DNA of 64,000 nt, from the NCBI GenBank assembly GCA_964016885.1, contig OZ024744.1:28148001-28212000 (forward strand), in the 5' to 3' direction. This stretch comes from Eledone cirrhosa. Its lineage: Eukaryota. This document shows, in pieces, positions 61,701 to 64,000 of this stretch. Each line of letters opens with the position of its first letter. Within the stretch, counting starts at the first letter, position 1. The position numbers and the translations under genes are program-made. The notes below the pieces were generated by a model that searched no databases, was not told the origin of the DNA, and worked only from the letters and a program-made list of their open reading frames with translations.

Positions 61701-64000
61701 TAACAGCCAGAACAACAACAACGATCACGACGACAGTGATAACAGCGACAACAACAACAACAACAGTGACAATAACAGTGATAACAGCGACAACAACAAC
61801 AACAACAACAGTGACAATTACAGTCATAACAGCGAGAACAACAACAACAACAGTGACAAAAACAGTGATAACAGCGAGAGCAACAACAAAAACAACAAAA
61901 ACAGTGACAATAACAGTTATAACAGCGACAATAACAACAACAATGGTAATAACAGTGATAACAGCGCGAACAACAACAACAACAGTGACATTAACAGTTA
62001 TAACAGCGCTAACAACAACAACAGTGACCATAACAGTGATAACAGCGAGAACAACAACAACAATGACAATAACAGTGATAACAGCGACAACAACAACAAC
62101 AACAATGACAGTTGTAACAGCGACAACCACAACAACAGTGTCGATAACAGTGATAACAGCTACAACAACAACAACAACAACAACAACAACAGTGACAATA
62201 ACAATTATAACAGCGGCAACAACAACAACAGTGACAATAACAGTTATAACAGCGACAACAACAATAACAGTGACAATAACAGTGATAACAGCGAGAACAA
62301 CAACAACCACAGTGACAATAACAGTTATAACAGTGACAACAACAACAACAACAATGACTATAAGAGTGATAACAGCGACAACAACAACAACAACAATGAC
62401 AATAACAGTTATAACAGCGACAACAACAACAACAGTGACAATAACAGTTATAACAGCGACAACAGCAGTGACAATAACAGTGATAACAGCCAGAACAACA
62501 ACAACAACGATCACGATGACAGTGATAACAGCGAGAACAACAACAACAACAGTGAGAATAACAGTTATAACAGCGACAACAACAACATTCAAAAGAACAG
62601 TTATGACAGCGAAAACAACAACAACAACAATGGCAATAACAGTGATTACAGCAACAACAACAGTGACAATAACATTTATAACAGTGACAACAACAACAGT
62701 GACAATAACAGTGATAACAGCGACAACAACAACAACAGTGACGATAACAGTGAAAACAGCGACAACAACAACAACAATGACAATAACAGTGATAACAGGG
62801 ACAACAATGACAGTAACAGTTATAACAGCGACAACAAAAACAACAACAATGAAAATAACAGTGATAACAGCGACAACAACAACAACAACAACAGTGACAA
62901 TAACAGTGATAACAACGACAACAACAACAACAGTGACAATAACAGTTATAACAGGGACAACAACAACAACAGTGACAATAACAGTTATAACAGCGACAAC
63001 AACAACAGTGAAAATAACAGTTATAACAGTGACAACAACAACAACAGTGACAATAACAGTGATAACAGCGACACCAAAAACAACAGTGAGAATAACATTT
63101 ATAACAGTGACAACAACAACAGTGACAATAACAGTGATAACAGCGACAACAACAACAAAAGTGACAATAACAGTGATAACAGCGACAATAACAACAACAA
63201 TGACAATAACAGTGATAACAGCGAGAACAACAACAACAGTGACATTAACAGTTATAACAGCGACAACAACAACAGTGACCAGACCATAACAGTGATAACA
63301 GCAAGAACAACAACATCAACAATGACAATAACAGTGATAACAGCGACAACAACAAGAACAACAACAATGACAGTTGTAACAGCGACAACAACAACAACAA
63401 CAGTGACAATAACAGTTATAACAGCGACAACAACAGTGACAATAACAGTGATAACAGCGACAACAGCAGTGAAAATAACAGTGATAACAGCCAGAACAAC
63501 AACAACGATCACGACGACAGTGATAACAGCGACAACAACAACAACAGTGACAATAACAGTGATAACAGCGACAACAACAACAACAACAGTGACAATTACA
63601 GTCATAACAGCGAGAACAACAACAACAACAGTGACAATAACAGTGATAACAGCGAGAGCAACAACAACAGTGACCATAACAGTGATAACAGCGAGAACAA
63701 CAACAACAATGACAATAACAGTGATAACAGCGACAACAACAACAACAACAATGACAGTTGTAACAGCGACAACCACAGCAACAGTGTCGATAACAGTGAT
63801 AACAGCTACAACAACAACAACAACAACAACAACAACAGTGACAATAACAATTATAACAGCGGCAACAACAACAACAGTGACAATAACAGTTATAACAGCG
63901 ACAACAACAATAACAGTGACAATAACAGTGATAACAGCGAGAACAACAACAACCACAGTGACAATAACAGTTATAACAGTGACAACAACAACAACAATGA

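Larger units (their letters stand above)
1..64000 (+). repeat. Compound mini/microsatellite array: monomer AGTGACAATAACAGT(G/T)ATAACAGCGAC(AAC)n, 27+3n bp, head-to-tail, running off both ends of the window
   Basis: The core plus AAC run is visible throughout, with no inversion or unique insertion seen. A consensus unit with n=4 has 20 A, 9 C, 6 G and 4 T in 39 nt, so the strand asymmetry is strong. Confidence 0.98.

Noticed and set aside
1-64000. CRISPR array (27-bp repeat plus spacer)
   Set aside because: The spacers are only (AAC)n runs of about 6-27 bp with no unique sequence. The repeats are polymorphic, and there is no leader or cas gene.
1-64000. Telomerase- or reverse-transcriptase-synthesised repeat, or a diversity-generating retroelement template (AAC-rich)
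   Set aside because: No RT gene is present and there is no TR/VR pair with adenine-specific differences. Variants are inherited in kb-scale ordered blocks, which implies DNA-level duplication rather than de novo templated synthesis. A recombination-maintained telomeric location cannot be excluded from this window.
1-64000. Synthetic sequence or pure sequencing/basecalling artefact
   Set aside because: Rare alleles recur at homologous positions in diverged copies tens of kb apart, with nested ages of duplication, as expected from real evolutionary history. Only the two near-identical duplications remain open to an assembly explanation.

Overview
The whole 64 kb window is one uninterrupted, single-orientation tandem repeat array, most likely eukaryotic satellite DNA (the taxon cannot be determined from the sequence). 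The monomer is a 27-bp core AGTGACAATAACAGT(G/T)ATAACAGCGAC followed by a variable (AAC)n spacer. n is about 2-9 and usually 3-5, giving a typical unit of about 39 bp and roughly 1,600 units (estimate). The core is itself three diverged copies of AGY-GAY-(AAY)n, so the consensus is a pure purine-purine-pyrimidine (RRY) triplet polymer. Above the monomer there are three levels of structure: (i) an ordered series of diagnostic monomer variants forming an old, rearranged kb-scale higher-order repeat, marked by an 18-copy landmark (GTAACTAATAACAGTTATATCACCGAC); (ii) two near-perfect tandem duplications of 8,157 bp and 4,560 bp; (iii) older dispersed copies, some about 46-47 kb apart. I found no unique sequence, credible gene, RNA gene, mobile element or CRISPR array. 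The long ORFs arise because four of the six frames of the repeat are normally stop-free. I cannot support a new protein-coding system here; what is interesting is the architecture of the array and its possible origin from a Ser-Asp-Asn coding repeat. All comparisons were made by eye and from the supplied ORF track.
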